Of a stretch of 58,424 bases of DNA, positions 24,639 through 38,145 are shown piece by piece; position 1 is the first letter of the stretch, and every line of letters starts with the position of its first letter. This DNA is from Octopus bimaculoides. Its lineage: Eukaryota. Position numbers and translations under genes: made by a program. The stretch is from NCBI RefSeq assembly GCF_001194135.2, contig NC_068982.1:34874426-34932849 (forward strand). The letters run 5' to 3'. The notes under the pieces were generated by a model that was given only the letters and a program-made list of their open reading frames with translations, was not told the DNA's origin and did not search any database.

Positions 24639-24672
<34 letters not shown>

Positions 24673-24692
24673 CCGACGGACAGACAGACAGG

Positions 24693-24738
<46 letters not shown>
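24628..24738. repeat. (GATA)n/(GACA)n microsatellite
   Basis: Directly visible. Confidence 0.95.
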
Positions 24739-24740
<2 letters not shown>

Positions 24741-25295
24741 CTCTTTAATTAGCATTGTGTAAAATACATATAACTTCAATGAAGTTAACTCAGATATAAC
24801 ATCGCCTTCGAACCAACAAACTAATATAAATATGAATAGTGATAGTGTATCTAATTAATTTAGTTAATTTACATGAATATATATTGAAGAAATATTTCTA
24901 CTTTAAACATACATACACAGAGACATTCACGCATATATGCGTTTGTGTGTATGCATATATATATACATATATATATATATGCGTGTATGTGAGTGTGTTT
25001 GTATCTATGTGTATGCATTTATATGTGTGTATATGTATATGTATGTATATGTATAATACTAGCATGTACGCGAACACGCATATTCTCTCTCACACACACA
25101 CACTGCGTTAATTGCGGCTTTTGCCACGTATAATAATAGACCTGTTGATCTATTTGTAAGCCTCACCCACCGCTTTCCATTCATTCCTGTACTTGTATAT
25201 GTACACTCCTTACTATCTACTCGTCTTTTCATTCATCTCCATTCCCACCCTCCTCCTCTGCACTTATATACACAGCACACACACACACACACAGA

Positions 25296-25341
<46 letters not shown>

Positions 25342-25365
25342 CATGTGCGCGTATANNNNNNNNNN

Positions 25366-25398
<33 letters not shown>

Positions 25399-26084
25399 CA
25401 TGTGCGCGTATATATATGTATGTAAATATATATATATATGTGTGTGTGTATATACATATATATACATATTTAGGCACATATATATATACGCGCTTGAACG
25501 TGAGTGTGTGTGCGTGTGTATGTGTGTGTATGTGTATAAATATAAAGAAATCAACTCTGCACCACCACCACCACCACCACCACCCCACATGCACATTATT
25601 TCTCTTCCCTTCAATACAATTAACTGTATTGCTCTACTTCCATTTTATTAAAGCGCCCTCCATTTAGCTTTATATTATACCCACTTCCATTCTTCGATCA
25701 TTCTCTTTCTATAAACGGGCCCTTTTCTTCCACCTCCACTTTCTCTGTTTTCTTTTCTCTTGTTTAAACATTCCTTCTCTAACATGTATATCACGGCGCC
25801 ATTTTATTTTCAGAGCAATACTTCGTTGCTATGTCCTTTTGACTTTCTTCACTCAGAGTAATCTTGCTGAAATCCACCTGTGACTGCTATACAGTTAATC
25901 GAGCTGTAAATAATCATATAAAGTGGAGAGTAACGATATAATCGAGAATGCATTGATACGATGCTGCTGCAACAACTGTTGTGAATTTTGAAACCAAATC
26001 CTGTTCTCGTTTGAGACAACCCCTGAGTCAGATCTACGGTTTATATTGGATTTGGTAGGTATAGGTATATGTATATGTAGGTAT

Positions 26085-26095
26085 ATCTATCTATC

Positions 26096-26168
<73 letters not shown>
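26085..26168. repeat. (ATCT)n microsatellite
   Basis: Directly visible. Confidence 0.95.
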
Positions 26169-26349
26169 GCACATATATATNNNNNNNNNNCCAGAAAAAT
26201 GTTTTAAAAAAGTTATAGAGGTTTAAAATTTGATCATTTTCATCTAGCCAGGAAGCAGGATTTGGAAGCTGTCATTTTGTGCGTGACTGCACATTTTGTC
26301 GTCAATATCCTGAAAGTAGCTCGTGTTGTCAATGTTTGTAAACAACACG

Positions 26350-27310
26350 TGTTTTGTAGTTTGAAGCATTCAAATATGCATTTAATGCAATAGCACGAAC
26401 TTAAAAGATCTATCCAAAAAACGTTATTTAGCTGTTGTTTTGAGCACACATCACAACCACCTCAATGACAAAAAGAAACGAGTAAGCAAGTAGTTTTAAG
26501 CATTCAATATACATTTAATACAAATGCGAACAGCACGTTACATGCGATAAACACATTACAATTTTCCCCCACAAATGGTTTCAATACAGTTTTAACAGAA
26601 AGATTTGGAAGAATTAGAAGAAAGTTCTCCGGTAATTTTCTTTCATGTAAATAAATGTTTATGTTAATTTAAGAATTTGCCAGCAAAACCTTATAAATTG
26701 ACAATGTTCCAAAAGATGTACATGTTTATGTGTCATATATGAAAATAAAAAAGTGAACAACATATGCTTGCAAAACAAACATTTAAGCATGTAATAAGCA
26801 ACACATTACAAAATATTTTTAAAATTAAAAACGAAAGTTAGAAATACATTCAATCAATTTCTGCAATAATTCACAATTTTCGTATCTCCTGTGCCTCATA
26901 AATTCACAGAGATATGAATGTACCATAGAACGGTGAGCGCCACAGCGTCGTTTATTAACTCGCTTCACAGAGGCCCACGTACTCTCCACTTGTTGAGTGT
27001 GGGTACCATCTTTCTAGTTAAAAAAAAAAATGAAAGAGTAAACGTCTTTTTAGTTTTAAGCATTCAATATGCATTTATTGCAATTGCACAAACTTAAAAG
27101 ATATATCTAAAAACAAAATAGCACATTACAAATTAAATATTTTTAAACAAACATTTTGTTGACCAGTTAATTGGAAACGAAAGTTAAAAATGCATTCAAT
27201 CAATTGCTCGAACAAATTACAATTTTCCTATCTCCTCCGCTACATAAATTTCACATGTTCAATTGTCATCAGATAGGTAAAGCAAGTGGTTTCAATGTAT
27301 TTATCAACAC
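26350..27310. repeat. Degenerate modular direct repeats
   Basis: tagtttt/gaagcattcaa(a)tat module at ~26355, ~26490 and ~27050; acgaaagtta...cattcaatcaatt module at ~26830 and ~27177. Confidence 0.65.
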
Positions 27311-28017
27311 GTGCTTTAACGCAGACAAAAGAGTTCTCATGATCTGCTTGTTACTAGGGAAACAGGCATGAATGTGTATGTGGCTTACGATTGGCTAAAA
27401 TTACCAAAATTTTCAAATTTTAATTGCTAATAACTCTTTATTTATTGGTTTATAGCGTAAATGATTTTCACGTCATTTATTAGCCAATAAAAGTGTATCA
27501 TTACACTGAATATGAAATCAATCCGAACAAAATTGATAGTGGCAGCCAAACCGACGGTTGTGTGTGTGTGTATATGTGTGTGTTTGGTCGTGTATGCGTT
27601 TCAGTGTTTGTATGTTTATTACTGCCTATGTTGCTGTTGTTTCAACCCGCTTTTTCCCGCCTTTCAAACTACACAACAACACGTACCAATATGCCAATCC
27701 TCTCATATGTCTTCGTTTTAGGCCAGGCGACAAATCTATTCATATTTAAAGCAAGGGCACTCTCGTATAGTGAACAAAATCTTTACAAATGGCGTGTGCT
27801 TAAGGTGTGATCATAATTCAAAAGAATAAAAACCTACCCAGCCAAGTTTGCTGTTCTCTCTTTTGTGACTCTCTCTCTCTCGTTCTCTCTCTTGTTTCTC
27901 CAACCTCTTCTCTTTCTGCTACCTTCCTTCCCCCGTTTTTTCTATTTTTCTCCCTCTCCCTCTCCCTCTCGCTTGTTTTATCTATGAATGCATGTCAACT
28001 ACATATGGATTTCTACC

Positions 28018-28082
<65 letters not shown>

Positions 28083-28904
28083 CTCCGGCTGTCTATAAAT
28101 AGACAGACAGACAGACAGGCAGATAGATAGGTAGATAGATAGATAGATAATAACAGTCTTTCTTTTATTATGTATTATTTATTTATTGTTTGCTTATTCA
28201 TTTATTTGATTGCGCGTATAAATATGTAGTAATGTGAATTCTTGTGTCTGACCAATCGTNNNNNNNNNNNNNNNNNNNNNNNNNNNNNNNNNNNNNNNNN
28301 NNNNNNNNNNNNNNNNNNNNNNNNNNNNNNNNNNNNNNNNNNNNNNNNNNNNNNNNNNNNNNNNNNNNNNNNNNNNNNNNNNNNNNNNNNNNNNNNNNNN
28401 NNNNNNNNNNNNNNNNNNNNNNNNNNNNNNNNNNNNNNNNNNNNNNNNNNNNNNNNNNNNNNNNNNNNNNNNNNNNNNNNNNNNNNNNNNNNNNNNNNNN
28501 NNNNNNNNNNNNNNNNNNNNNNNNNNNNNNNNNNNNNNNNNNNNNNNNNNNNNNNNNNNNNNNNNNNNNNNNNNNNNNNNNNNNNNNNNNNNNNNNNNNN
28601 NNNNNNNNNNNNNNNNNNNNNNNNNNNNNNNNNNNNNNNNNNNNNNNNNNNNNNNNNNNNNNNNNNNNNNNNNNNNNNNNNNNNNNNNNNNNNNNNNNNN
28701 NNNNNNNNNNNNNNNNNNNNNNNNNNNNNNNNNNNNNNNNNNNNNNNNNNNNNNNNNNNNNNNNNNNNNNNNNNNNNNNNNNNNNNNNNNNNNNNNNNNN
28801 NNNNNNNNNNNNNNNNNNNNNNNNNNNNNNNNNNACACACACACACACACACACACACAGAAAGCAAGAAAATCATGTGAGTTCCAGACTAAATTAGTGC
28901 ATGT

Positions 28905-29045
28905 TTTTTGTCTTTTGTCTTCTGTCTTCTGTCATTGCACTGCGGCCATGCCGGGGCACCACCTGGAAAGGTTTAGTCGAACAAATTGGCCTCCAGCACT
29001 TGTTTAAGTCTAGTATTTCCTTTCACTGAAACCGCTGGAATATGG
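28905..29045 (-). mobile_element. Family A SINE tail fragment
   Basis: gtcattgcactgcggccatgccggggcacc matches the reverse complement of the family A tail. Confidence 0.7.
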
Positions 29046-29374
29046 GTTACTGTATCGGCTCAAGTCAGCAGCCTTTCTCTTAACGACTTGCATTTATTCA
29101 GGCCTCTGTATGTATGTGGAAATGTGTGGTCAACATTGACCTAAGTGCGGTCAGTACAGGTGAAAATCAACTTTGATAAAATAAACCGATGATCAAGAGC
29201 CTACTAGTCCTGACGATCGTACTTTTTTTCGTTTTTCTCGACATTGTATATCTTAGGCCACGCGATCTTACGTAATATAACCTTTATAGGACGGCTGACA
29301 ATAATTTGGTAGATATTTGGATGCTGGTTTTAAGATGGAACAAAATTCATTGGTGCATGTTGCTTGTTGCCATA

Positions 29375-29480
29375 TACTAGGCATACAAAGAATAAGTCCT
29401 GGTGTCGATTTGCTCGACTAAAGACGATGCTCCAGCATGGCCGCAGTCAAATGACTGAAATAAGTAAAAGAGTAAAAGAG
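29375..29480 (+). mobile_element. Family A SINE tail fragment
   Basis: Near-identical to 7535-7640. Confidence 0.85.
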
Positions 29481-29518
29481 TATACACCAACGGCTTACAC
29501 AGTTTCTGTCTCATTATT

Positions 29519-30067
29519 GAATGAGAGAGCAGTGCATACCACAAAAGTGACACTGGAGTAAAAATATACGAAATCTAGTATACCCATTATGACTACCTAT
29601 CTAATAAGGATACACTAGGCTCATTCATCATAGCCATAACTGCGTGACATGGTGATCTCATTTCAAGATAAACAGCGCATGACCTTGCAGGTGGGGTCCG
29701 ATTAGAATTTTCTTCAGGTCGAGTAGCCCATCCTACTCAAAAAGTCCCTGAAAAAAAGGTTGTTTAAGGATGTTGAGCAAAACACGCATGTTTCCAGAGA
29801 TGAATTATTCAAATCCCAAAGAATTCATCTCAACACATGACTATGATGCTCCACCACTACTTTTGCTGGAGATCAGAGATGCACATATTGTCAGCCACCA
29901 AGGGTCAGGCTCAAGTGGTTAAAGTCAAACAAATGACAAGCAAATCTGTGGTACTGGGCAGAATATTTGCTGTAGCTCATCTTTTACACGAAGACAAAAC
30001 ATATACATGATAGCACTTCCAATCAGTTAAGATGAGAAACCATGAGAGCCAGTACCTGGTAGGCATC
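29519..30067 (-). mobile_element. C-element, full length
   Basis: Colinear with the reverse complement of 18388-18942; short aataat remnant at its 3' end. Confidence 0.88.
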
Positions 30068-30139
30068 TTCTCGACTCGCTGTATACATTGGAAGGCCCAC
30101 GTCAGATTGTTCATTTATAAAATCAAATGAAGTTGTGAG

Positions 30140-30450
30140 AAAAATAAATTATTTACGTGGAAGGTTATCATTCTCACAGCGACAATGCTCTTCTCAATAC
30201 GGGCGACGTATTGCACTTCTTACAGGGATGACAAGTCAGGTATCATTCTCAAATAATCTTTCAGTTCCTTTTTTTGATCATTCCTGGTGCTTCTACAATC
30301 ACTGGTATTGTAACCGCTTTGAGATACCACATTTTTACAATTTCAACGGGCAATCGTTATATTTTCTGAGCTTGTCAAATGCTTTTGCTGCAATATTATT
30401 ATCACAATCAATAAACAAACAGACTTTATTATTTTGGTTTTTTAGAAAAG
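30140..30450 (-). mobile_element. R4/Dong-type LINE extreme 3' fragment (lineage Y)
   Basis: KNQNNKVCLFID..NIAAKAFDKLRKYND, then EIVKMWYLKAVTIPVIV in a shifted frame (RLE C-terminus). Confidence 0.7.
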
Positions 30451-31065
30451 AAATCTGGTATATTAGCTCTGATCTTTTCCCGCCATGTTGGTAGTTGAGT
30501 GCTGCTACTTTCAAGTGCATCAATTACCATTGGTATCACGTCTACTCCCCTCATTGACCACAACCTTCGTATTTCTCACTTCAAATCATCATAGTTGTTT
30601 ATTTTTTATTCTTTCACATTGTTCCTGTTGTCACCGGAGTATGCTATGTCGATTATCATGCATGTTCTTTCTTTTTTATTCACCACAACAATGTCAGGTG
30701 ATCGCATCCCACAGGATTTTGTAGTTCTCATTCTCAGTGACTCCTTCTAGTGTTTTCTCATACCACGTCTTTGCTCTTTGTAGTCCATGATTTCCCCAGA
30801 GCCCCAAATGGATAATTATTGCCACATTGCAATGGAGTTTTTTGTATTCGTGTTGTGCCAATTTCGGGCATTCGCTAATGATGTACCATACCGTTGCCCT
30901 CCTCTCATCATGCATTCCGCATTTGTCGCTGTCGGTAATATCGTCTATCCTGCAGTTAACGCCTGTTCTTGAACTGCGCATGTGTATGCTTCTGTCTTTA
31001 TCCTCAGGTCATTCCTCCTCATCCATAGCCATTGGTCCTCTGTATATGTCGTGTTGTTGTTATCA
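30450..31065 (-). mobile_element. R4/Dong-type LINE 3' fragment (lineage X)
   Basis: DQWLWMRRNDLRIKTEAYTCAVQEQAL, WYIISECPKLAQHEYKK, ENENYKILWDA, PDIVVVNKKERTCMIIDIA, EIRRLWSMRGVDVIPMVI. Confidence 0.9.
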
Positions 31066-31069
31066 TCAT

Positions 31070-31079
31070 CATCATAATC

Positions 31080-31139
<60 letters not shown>
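31070..31139. repeat. (TAA)n array
   Basis: Directly visible. Confidence 0.95.
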
Positions 31140-31413
31140 GCCCGAATGCAGTACCAGGCAGTGGCTCTCATGGATTCTGATCTTAATTGATTGGAAGTGT
31201 TATCATGTACATTGTTTTGTCTTGGTATAAAAAGATGGGCTACAGCAAATATTCTGCTTAATACCACAGATTTCCTTGTCAGTTGTTTGATCTTAACCAG
31301 TTGAGCATGTCCCTTGGTGGCTGACGATATGTGCATATCTGATCATGAGCAGAAGTAGTGGGAGAGCATCATAGCCATGTGTTGAGAGGAATTCTTTGGG
31401 GTTTGAATAATTC
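31140..31413 (+). mobile_element. C-element 5' half, runs into a gap
   Basis: Starts gcccgaatgcagtaccaggcagtggctctcatgg directly after (AAT)n. Confidence 0.88.
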
Positions 31414-32048
31414 NNNNNNNNNNNNNNNNNNNNNNNNNNNNNNNNNNNNNNNNNNNNNNNNNNNNNNNNNNNNNNNNNNNNNNNNNNNNNNNNNNNNNNN
31501 NNNNNNNNNNNNNNNNNNNNNNNNNNNNNNNNNNNNNNNNNNNNNNNNNNNNNNNNNNNNNNNNNNNNNNNNNNNNNNNNNNNNNNNNNNNNNNNNNNNN
31601 NNNNNNNNNNNNNNNNNNNNNNNNNNNNNNNNNNNNNNNNNNNNNNNNNNNNNNNNNNNNNNNNNNNNNNNNNNNNNNNNNNNNNNNNNNNNNNNNNNNN
31701 NNNNNNNNNNNNNNNNNNNNNNNNNNNNNNNNNNNNNNNNNNNNNNNNNNNNNNNNNNNNNNNNNNNNNNNNNNNNNNNNNNNNNNNNNNNNNNNNNNNN
31801 NNNNNNNNNNNNNNNNNNNNNNNNNNNNNNNNNNNNNNNNNNNNNNNNNNNNNNNNNNNNNNNNNNNNNNNNNNNNNNNNNNNNNNNNNNNNNNNNNNNN
31901 NNNNNNNNNNNNNNNNNNNNNNNNNNNNNNNNNNNNNNNNNNNNNNNNNNNNNNNNNNNNNNNNNNNNNNNNNNNNNNNNNNNNNNNNNNNNNNNNNNNN
32001 NNNNNNNNNNNNNNNNNNNNNNNNNNNNNNNNNNNNNNNNNNNNNNNN

Positions 32049-32104
<56 letters not shown>

Positions 32105-32105
32105 A

Positions 32106-32398
32106 ACGTTGGGGTACAAATTTACGAATCCCAATACCCGCCTGATAAGGATACACCAGGCACAGGCATCATAACCATGTGTGCGTAACATGCTGATCTC
32201 ATATTAAGATGAACACCACCTTGCAGGTGGAGCCCAGTTGGAATTTTCTTATATATAGTTTGAATTTTCTTCAGATCGAGTGGCCCATCCCACTCAAAAG
32301 GTCCCTGATTAAGGTTTGCTTAAGGATGTTGAATGAAACACCAATGTTTCCAGTGGTGAACTATTCAAATCCCAAAGAATTTCTATCAACACATGGCT
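32106..32398 (-). mobile_element. C-element 3' half
   Basis: Colinear with 29540-29830. Confidence 0.85.
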
Positions 32399-33045
32399 AA
32401 CTGGAAACGTTCTCTGTGGGATAAACCCGTTGTAGTCCAAGTTTCTGCCGCTAGGATCCACTTGATGCCACCCACCAGGTATCAGTCTGCCGACAGACGT
32501 CATCGAGTGCAATTATACTGCCACGTGGTATGTCTCTGTTTTGCAATGCTCGATTTTGTTCGTCGATCTTTGCGATGGCTGAAACGAAGGAGTAGCGTGC
32601 CTCCGTGAAATTCTGTTTTCTGCTGGGGAAAACAGCGGCCGAAGCAGTTTCTATGCTTCTAAAAACTTCGAAACGAATGAAAACATCATGAAAATTCATG
32701 AACTGATCTTGGAGGACCATCACCGAACAATTAATGAACTTGTTAATATAACCGGTGTGTCATGGAGCACTAGCCAACACATTTTGAACGAGAGAATAAA
32801 AAGAATTGCAGCAAAATTTGTGCTTCGTTTGCTCACGGAAGATCATAAATAATCAAGACTCAATCCGTGTCGTGAACTGAAGGGACAGTTGGAAGTTGAT
32901 CCGGATCATTTTTCGACGGTCATCACTGGTGACGAAAGCTGGTGCTACGGAATTTGCAGATGTGGAAGAGGTGAATAAAAATACCACGGAGGACTTAAAA
33001 GGCATCACTTTGCAAGTGTTCAAGCACTACTTCGAACAGTGGAAC
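32399..33045 (+). mobile_element. Internally deleted mariner (DD34D-type) element
   Basis: MAETKE*RASVKFCFLLGKTAAEA, IAAKFVLRLLTED, VITGDESWCYG joined directly to FADVEEV. Confidence 0.88.
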
Positions 33046-33049
33046 TTCA

Positions 33050-33120
33050 ACTAAAACCCTTCAAGGTGGTGCTCCAGCATAGCCACACTTCAATGACTGA
33101 AACAAGTGAAAGATAAAGAC
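33050..33120 (+). mobile_element. Family A SINE tail fragment
   Basis: caaggtggtgctccagcatagcc...aatgactgaaacaagtgaaagataaag. Confidence 0.75.
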
Positions 33121-33214
33121 TTTACGTTCAGATGAACACTTTAATCCTACTCATGTAGAGTGAATACAATAACATTGCAAAATTCCGGTTTCTTATGAGT
33201 TTCCCGCGTATATT

Positions 33215-33601
33215 CTTTTATTCAATTACTTGTTTCAGTCATTTGACTGCAGCTATGCTGGGGAACCACCTTAAAGGGCTTTTTAGACGAAGAAATCGAC
33301 CACAGGACTTATTTTTTTGAAGCCGAGAACTATTCCTATCGGTGTCTTTAGGTTACGAAGGCATAAACACACTAACATCGGTTGTCAAGCAATGGTTGGG
33401 GGAACAACCATAGACAAACACACAAACATATACGATGGGCGTCTTTCTTTTAGTTTCCGTCTACCAAATTCACGCACATGGCTTTGGTCGGCCCGAAGCT
33501 ATAGCAGAAGACATTTGCCTAAGGTGCCTCAGTGGTGGGACTGAACCTGGAACCTTGTAGTTGGGAAGCAAGCTTCTCGCCACACAGCCGCACCTGCACC
33601 T
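33215..33601 (-). mobile_element. Family A SINE, full length
   Basis: Colinear with the reverse complement of 7260-7640; head ends in gcacctgcacct on the plus strand. Confidence 0.88.
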
Positions 33602-33623
33602 ACACACACACACACCTGCACCT

Positions 33624-33663
<40 letters not shown>

Positions 33664-34123
33664 TCAAACACATGTGTGTGTTCAAGCTACAAAAACTTCA
33701 TAAACTATGAACTCTTTAACAAGTTCAGCCCTACGAAAGTGAAGGACAACTCAGCATAATGAAACCCCAAGGTATAAAAGATTTACAGACAAGAAACAAG
33801 TCAGACATATCTTCTCACCATCAGCTGCCGGTATGTGTAACGATGAATCTTTAAGCAGTAAAGACGTCCAATAATAACATGACAAAACTGATGAATTTTA
33901 AAAAAAATGAATCGAGGACAACCATACAGTATGCTAAAAAAACAAAACACAAAAACACAGAACACGAAATTATCTTTGGAAACCAACCAATGAAAACGAT
34001 AATTTAGACAAAAGTATGAACCAGCTCCACCGCATATAAAACGAACCTGAAACCGAAGGAAATACAGATTTCGTCTAACGACCGCAATGGTATGTAGCTT
34101 GGATTACAAGAAAAATAAATCAC

Positions 34124-34155
<32 letters not shown>

Positions 34156-35469
34156 NNNNNNNNNNNNNNNNNNNNNNNNNNNNNNNNNNNNNNNNNNNNN
34201 NNNNNNNNNNNNNNNNNNNNNNNNNNNNNNNNNNNNNNNNNNNNNNNNNNNNNNNNNNNNNNNNNNNNNNNNNNNNNNNNNNNNNNNNNNNNNNNNNNNN
34301 NNNNNNNNNNNNNNNNNNNNNNNNNNNNNNNNNNNNNNNNNNNNNNNNNNNNNNNNNNNNNNNNNNNNNNNNNNNNNNNNNNNNNNNNNNNNNNNNNNNN
34401 NNNNNNNNNNNNNNNNNNNNNNNNNNNNNNNNNNNNNNNNNNNNNNNNNNNNNNNNNNNNNNNNNNNNNNNNNNNNNNNNNNNNNNNNNNNNNNNNNNNN
34501 NNNNNNNNNNNNNNNNNNNNNNNNNNNNNNNNNNNNNNNNNNNNNNNNNNNNNNNNNNNNNNNNNNNNNNNNNNNNNNNNNNNNNNNNNNNNNNNNNNNN
34601 NNNNNNNNNNNNNNNNNNNNNNNNNNNNNNNNNNNNNNNNNNNNNNNNNNNNNNNNNNNNNNNNNNNNNNNNNNNNNNNNNNNNNNNNNNNNNNNNNNNN
34701 NNNNNNNNNNNNNNNNNNNNNNNNNNNNNNNNNNNNNNNNNNNNNNNNNNNNNNNNNNNNNNNNNNNNNNNNNNNNNNNNNNNNNNNNNNNNNNNNNNNN
34801 NNNNNNNNNNNNNNNNNNNNNNNNNNNNNNNNNNNNNNNNNNNNNNNNNNNNNNNNNNNNNNNNNNNNNNNNNNNNNNNNNNNNNNNNNNNNNNNNNNNN
34901 NNNNNNNNNNNNNNNNNNNNNNNNNNNNNNNNNNNNNNNNNNNNNNNNNNNNNNNNNNNNNNNNNNNNNNNNNNNNNNNTATATATAAATACATGTCTCT
35001 TAAAAGATAGAGCTCAAAATCAATGCATTGAAGATACTTTATTGCAGCAACAATTATAATAACAGAAACACCCACAATATTGTGGGTGTTTCTGTTATTA
35101 TAATTGAGCTCTATCTTTTAAGAGACATGTATACATATATATATATACAAAAACTCACCTGTGAGCTTTTTGCTAAGACTGTTAGCAGATACTATATATT
35201 TTGTAAAATTTGTTTTATAAAAGTATATATTTAATATATATATATATAAATATTTATATATATATTTACGCTCAAAAACGTAACAATTATAGGCATACAC
35301 ATGCATGCATTATTGCATGGATATACATATATATATACACAAATATTTATATACTCACATATACACACATATACACACATAAACATACATCTATGTGTGC
35401 CTGTGTGTATACGTGTGTATATACATATTTCCACATCTCTCTCTCTCTCTCTCTCTTTATACATATATA

Positions 35470-36010
35470 TATATAAGAGACCAAAGTGTACGTACGCCGC
35501 TATATTTCTATATATAGAAAATACAAAAGTGGGACAAGAACGCCAAGAATCCAGAGAGTTAGATGATAGAAAAAACGAACAACAAAACATCCAGACAGAC
35601 GATACAAAGAAAACAAGTTCGGATCATTCGGAGTCTTCTTTCCTCTGTCGAGTTACCGATAATCTTTGCAATTTCGGCTGGTTATACTCAAGATTGCTCC
35701 AGTCTGGCCAGCCTCAAGGAAAAACTAATCGAAGAGCATTAGATTCCTTGGAAGAAAGCATCGAATGTATACGAAAAAAAGGACGAAAAAAACCCCGGAG
35801 AAATGTTACACAACTACAAATGCAAGTAACAGGACATAACAACAGTTGTCTTTCGACTAAGGTTGAATTACATTCAGCTGGTGTATGTGGAAGTAAAGCC
35901 TTATGGCAGGGACATAAGATTTGACAGGCACAGGGAGGAATATAGATGTTGCACAGATGGTAGTCGAACCAAGAAAGAAACGTTAGGCTTGGCCGAACAC
36001 CGGTCACGTG
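35470..36010. mobile_element. Interspersed repeat fragment, family unassigned (possibly Penelope-like); first ~260 bp duplicated at 36262-36520
   Basis: Both copies begin atataaga(g/a)accaaagtgtacgtacgccgctatattt and stay colinear to caaggaaaaactaa. Confidence 0.6.
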
Positions 36011-36261
36011 GGGAGAGAAGTGAGATAGAGGCAGAGGGATAGAAGAATTAAGGAGGGGTGAGAAAAAAATGAAAGGGACACAGTGAAGTGAAAGAGCGGG
36101 GAAAGTGAGCATGAAGAGAAGCCCAGGAAATGTGAGAGAGGGGGAACAAAAGAATGAAGGGTGGAATGAACGAAGTAAGTGTGAAAGGGCTGATAGAAAG
36201 AATGCAAGAATAGAAAGAATAATGGAGACGTACAAATTTTAGATATATATATATATACTTA

Positions 36262-36520
36262 CATATAAGAAACCAAAGTGTACGTACGCCGCTATATTTT
36301 TATATATAAAAAAATACAAAAATGGGACAAGAACGCAAAACATCCAGTCAGTTAGGTGATACAAAAAGGAACAGCAAAACATCTAGACAGACAATACAAA
36401 GAAAACAAGGACGGATCATTCGGAGTTTTCTATCCTCAGTTGAGTTCCAGATTATCTTTGTAATTTCGGCTGGTTATACCATTGCTTCAGTCGGGCCAGC
36501 CCCAAGGAAAAACTAAGCTA
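36262..36520. mobile_element. Second copy of the 35470 repeat, direct orientation
   Basis: Visible homology. Confidence 0.6.
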
Positions 36521-37079
36521 CACACACATACACATGCAAATTACATTCATATAATTGTGTCCACGTGTGAATAAATGTCTATGTATATGTTTATAATATG
36601 CATAAACTTATTTGCATTTATGTTATGTACGTATAGCTATGAGGATTAGATTGAGCTTTTGTATTTTAATGTATGACCTCTGTTATGTGCTTACGAGCGC
36701 GCGCGCGATTGTGTATGTGTATGTGCATGTGTTAGTGTGTATTAAATATTTTTTCTTCCTTCTTACGATACACATGACCGCTGACGATATTTCAAGCCAC
36801 CTACACACATTCCAATGAAAGCTGATAAACATACATACAAAAGATTGAAACAAACTAAAGAGAGGAGGATACTTTCTATAATGAACAAGAAAAAAATCAA
36901 AAGACAAAAATGGAAAAACAAATAAATAATGAAGCAATTGAAATAAGAAAATATATGAAATAAGAAAAGAACTTAGAAGAAAATACAGTGGGAGAGAGAA
37001 TGTTGCTAATAATCTTCTGTCAGTGGAAATATAAGCTTAATATATTTCTTTTAATTCGGGTGCTTTAGCGTATTATTAC

Positions 37080-37183
<104 letters not shown>

Positions 37184-38102
37184 CGTGTGTAAATCGGTGA
37201 TTTCAAAGCTGCACACTTACTACCATAAATTTATCGAGTATAACGGTATTCGGTTAGATTCTAAATTCTGCTATCTCCAATTGATTTGGAGTAATAGATA
37301 CACAGCTGACTTTCTAAAGGTGAAATATCAAGAAAATTTTATTTGCTACTTGCTAGTAACGACTGCACTGTTCTCTTTATAAACCATATACAGTTGTTAT
37401 TACTTATACCTATTTTTCTGTGCGGAAGAAGTATTGTCCGAAACGTAAATATTTTACTGCACTGCATATCTATGCTATTTATTCTTAATTTTCATGTAAT
37501 TGGTATTTTTCAGTGTTTGCCAGTCTAGAGAGGATTAGGAATCAGAAATGATATAGTTTACTGATTGCCCACATAATCAATAACTGAGGTTAGTGTCTGA
37601 TCTTTTGTTTTAGAATTTATTTGTGGCTAGGCATTGATCTTGTTTAGTTAAAAATCGGATCTTTCATTGCTGTCGTTATTGCAGATATTTGGTATCATTG
37701 TTGGCATTTATATTGGTTCACTTATTTATTGTGTAGGCTTGCAAAGTACTACAATGAAGGAATTTTTCTGTCAGTTCTTTACTTTAACACTTTCGACATT
37801 GATTTAAAAATTGTCTTTTTGATTTTAGATTTAATTAATTTGTTTTTAAAGATGGAAAAGTATAAGCATTTAATCTTGGAAATATTCTTGCGTAACGTAT
37901 TCTCCGACATACAAGTCAATTTTGGTTTGGGGTACCGGAATACCCAAAGTTTTCATCGCTAGACGTTCGAACAGAAACCGGTTGGAAGGCATCTGATACT
38001 TAGCTCCCGTCTTTTGACCAACGAAGCTGGGTTTCACTGGGTTTGCACTGGAGAAAGTTACCTTATTACATAGGATATGTATTAAGAGTATGTGTATACA
38101 CG

Positions 38103-38145
<43 letters not shown>

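Noticed and set aside
37870-38060. Protein-like minus-strand frame (VTFSSANPVKPSFVGQK...)
   Set aside because: Its upstream boundary reads as a donor rather than an acceptor, and it has no linked exons.
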